From Myxococcota bacterium (GTDB lineage Bacteria > Myxococcota_A > UBA9042 > PHBI01 > JAWLBL01): DNA of 13,292 nt. The notes below the pieces were generated by a model. That model was given only the letters and a program-made list of their open reading frames with translations, made no database searches and was not told where the DNA came from. The stretch is taken from the NCBI GenBank assembly GCA_041687695.1, contig JAWLBL010000057.1:1-13292 (forward strand). The letters are read 5' to 3'. The stretch's first letter is position 1, and every line of letters starts with the position of its first letter. Positions 11,830 through 13,292 of this stretch are shown in pieces. A program made the position numbers and the translations under genes.

Positions 11830-13292
11830 ATGGGCAACTGGAAGAACCTCGGAACGGAAGCCACCGAAGCCGCAGCAGCCGCGCTGCTGGGACACCTCGG
11901 GCTGTCAATCACCGCGTCATGGGACGACGCGCTGGTGGGCAAGGCGGACTACTACCTCTGGTCGGGCGAGTACCCCGGCGACACCAAGGGGCGCTACTGG
12001 ATTCCCGCGCTGTTCAAGTGCGCCGACCTCCCCGGGGTCATCCAGCAGGTCGCTCGCGAGGACGGCATCACAGAGGCCGAGGCCTCCGAGAAGGTGCGCC
12101 GGTTCCACCGTGGACTGGGCAAGGATCGGGTCGCCCTTGCCTTCTGCGCCTTCGTTGAGATCGATCACCTTTCGCGTGCCGAGCAGGAACGGCTGCTCGC
12201 CGAACTTGCGAACGTGACGGGGCTCGGGTGGACGCTCAAGGTCTTCACGGGCGGGAAGTCCGTCCACGCCTACCTCGCGTTCGACCGCGCACTCGACCCG
12301 AACGACCCGCTCCGCGAGGAGATACAGAACCTCCTCGTCGTCTGCCTCACCGGCGACACGAAGATCACCGACCCTGGGCGCCTGATGCGCCTGCCCGGTT
12401 GGGACGGCGACCGCAAGCAGCCCGTCGTCCACTTGGACAGCACGGTCCACCAGTCTCCCGAGGGCATCCGGGATGCCCTGCGAGTCCGAGCAGGGGCGCT
12501 TGGATGCGACGACGTAGACGCGGCTCGGCAGAACCTCCGCCTCGCCGAGCGCCTGGAGACAAAAGCGCGTCACGAAGGCGGCGGCGAGGGCGCCCTCGAA
12601 CTCCGCGACCACGCAGTACGGGTTCGGGAGACGCGGGGCAGCCTGTCGGACGAAGACCGCGACCTCGCCCACATGATGCTGGGCTCGAAGCCCCCCGTCA
12701 GCACTTCGAAGGTGACCGGCACCAAGGGCACAGGGGCGGTTCAGCGCGGCGACCTCGGGACCATCGCCGGACTGAAGAAGGGAAGCCGCACCGACCTCCC
12801 GTGCTGCGACCTCGGCGGCGAGGCGGGCGTTGTCCTGCACGACGCGGGCGAGGCGCCACGTGCCTACTGCCATCGGTGCGAAGTCACCTGGCTCCACCAG
12901 CAGGCGCCCGTTGCCTTCGTCCAGATGGAGGCGACCGGTAACACCACTTCGCTTAAGTGTAAGACAACCACGACCGGAAGTGATGTTACGACGACGGACC
13001 CGAGGTCCCGGTCCTTCCGCAAGGTGACGCGCTACTTGCCCCGCGACCTCGTGCAGGGGAAGTACATCCCGAACGCCCCTCTGACCCATCGCCTGACGCT
13101 CTTGAAGGCGGGCAAGGGCAGTGGGAAGACCGAGTACGCCGCGCACCAGGTGTCGGAGCACCAGGGGCGGGCAGTCGGTAACCGTCCGATATCGTGTCAG
13201 GTCCCCCCTTCCCAACCCGGTAGCGGGAGGGTAGGTCCAGAATTGGCGTCCCTCGTCCTGCGCGGCGATACCGAGAGCCGTGGGCGGGACGT
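11830..13292 (+). CDS. Replication protein: RepB-type/AEP primase domain, zinc finger and start of a P-loop helicase. Partial and probably interrupted at about 13177
   Basis: Missing from the ORF track because there is no stop in the window. GAGGAG (11815-11820) precedes ATG 11830 (MGNWKNLG...). Manual translation gives FVEID, VFTGGKSVHAY, DTKITDPGRLMRLPG, PCC...YCHRC and Walker A LLKAGKGSGKT (about 13099-13131). Confidence 0.88.
   Translation, partial: MGNWKNLGTEATEAAAAALLGHLGLSITASWDDALVGKADYYLWSGEYPGDTKGRYWIPALFKCADLPGVIQQVAREDGITEAEASEKVRRFHRGLGKDRVALAFCAFVEIDHLSRAEQERLLAELANVTGLGWTLKVFTGGKSVHAYLAFDRALDPNDPLREEIQNLLVVCLTGDTKITDPGRLMRLPGWDGDRKQPVVHLDSTVHQSPEGIRDALRVRAGALGCDDVDAARQNLRLAERLETKARHEGGGEGALELRDHAVRVRETRGSLSDEDRDLAHMMLGSKPPVSTSKVTGTKGTGAVQRGDLGTIAGLKKGSRTDLPCCDLGGEAGVVLHDAGEAPRAYCHRCEVTWLHQQAPVAFVQMEATGNTTSLKCKTTTTGSDVTTTDPRSRSFRKVTRYLPRDLVQGKYIPNAPLTHRLTLLKAGKGSGKTEYAAHQVSEHQGRAVGNRPISCQVPPSQPGSGRVGPELASLVLRGDTESRGRD
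12938..12989. other. Intragenic inverted repeat around a relatively AT-rich spacer (candidate replication origin)
   Basis: GTAACACCACTTC (12938-12950) / GAAGTGATGTTAC (12977-12989) match at 12/13, with a 26-bp spacer containing CTTAAGTGTAAG. Confidence 0.5.
13178..13292. mobile_element. Possible terminus of an IS66-family insertion sequence
   Basis: GTAACCGTCCG resembles IS66 terminal repeats (GTAA-start, GTAAGCGTCC-like). The helicase-like protein sequence degenerates at this point. Confidence 0.45.

Larger units (their letters stand above)
5915..13292. mobile_element. Integrative element (integrated plasmid- or satellite-like) mobilised by a large serine recombinase; the right end lies outside the window
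   Basis: A host gene is broken at the boundary, GC content drops, the coding strand switches, and recombinase, methyltransferase and primase-helicase genes follow. No phage structural or conjugation genes are visible in the window. Confidence 0.88.

Overview
The window has two parts joined at about 5915-5926. The left part (1-5914) is extremely GC-rich host DNA. It starts with two copies of a REP/MITE-like hairpin element. Four minus-strand enzyme genes follow: a UbiA prenyltransferase, a radical SAM/SPASM-like protein, a 2OG-Fe(II) oxygenase, and a PhyH dioxygenase-amidohydrolase fusion. It ends with the 3' half of an FGE-sulfatase-domain gene cut off at the junction. The right part (about 5915 to beyond the window end) is a less GC-rich integrative element. 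It encodes a small ORF coupled to a large serine recombinase with an extra C-terminal excisionase-like HTH, a 726-aa fusion of two unrelated adenine methyltransferase domains around a DUF3102-like HTH, a HEPN-like cargo gene, and a primase/zinc-finger/helicase replication gene that is absent from the ORF track. An array of 11 GATTCTC/GAGAATC motifs begins in the methyltransferase stop codon, and the replication gene appears to be interrupted by an IS66-like end at 13178. The best candidate for a new system is the double methyltransferase plus the motif array in this element. All family calls come from motifs recognised by eye, not from database searches.
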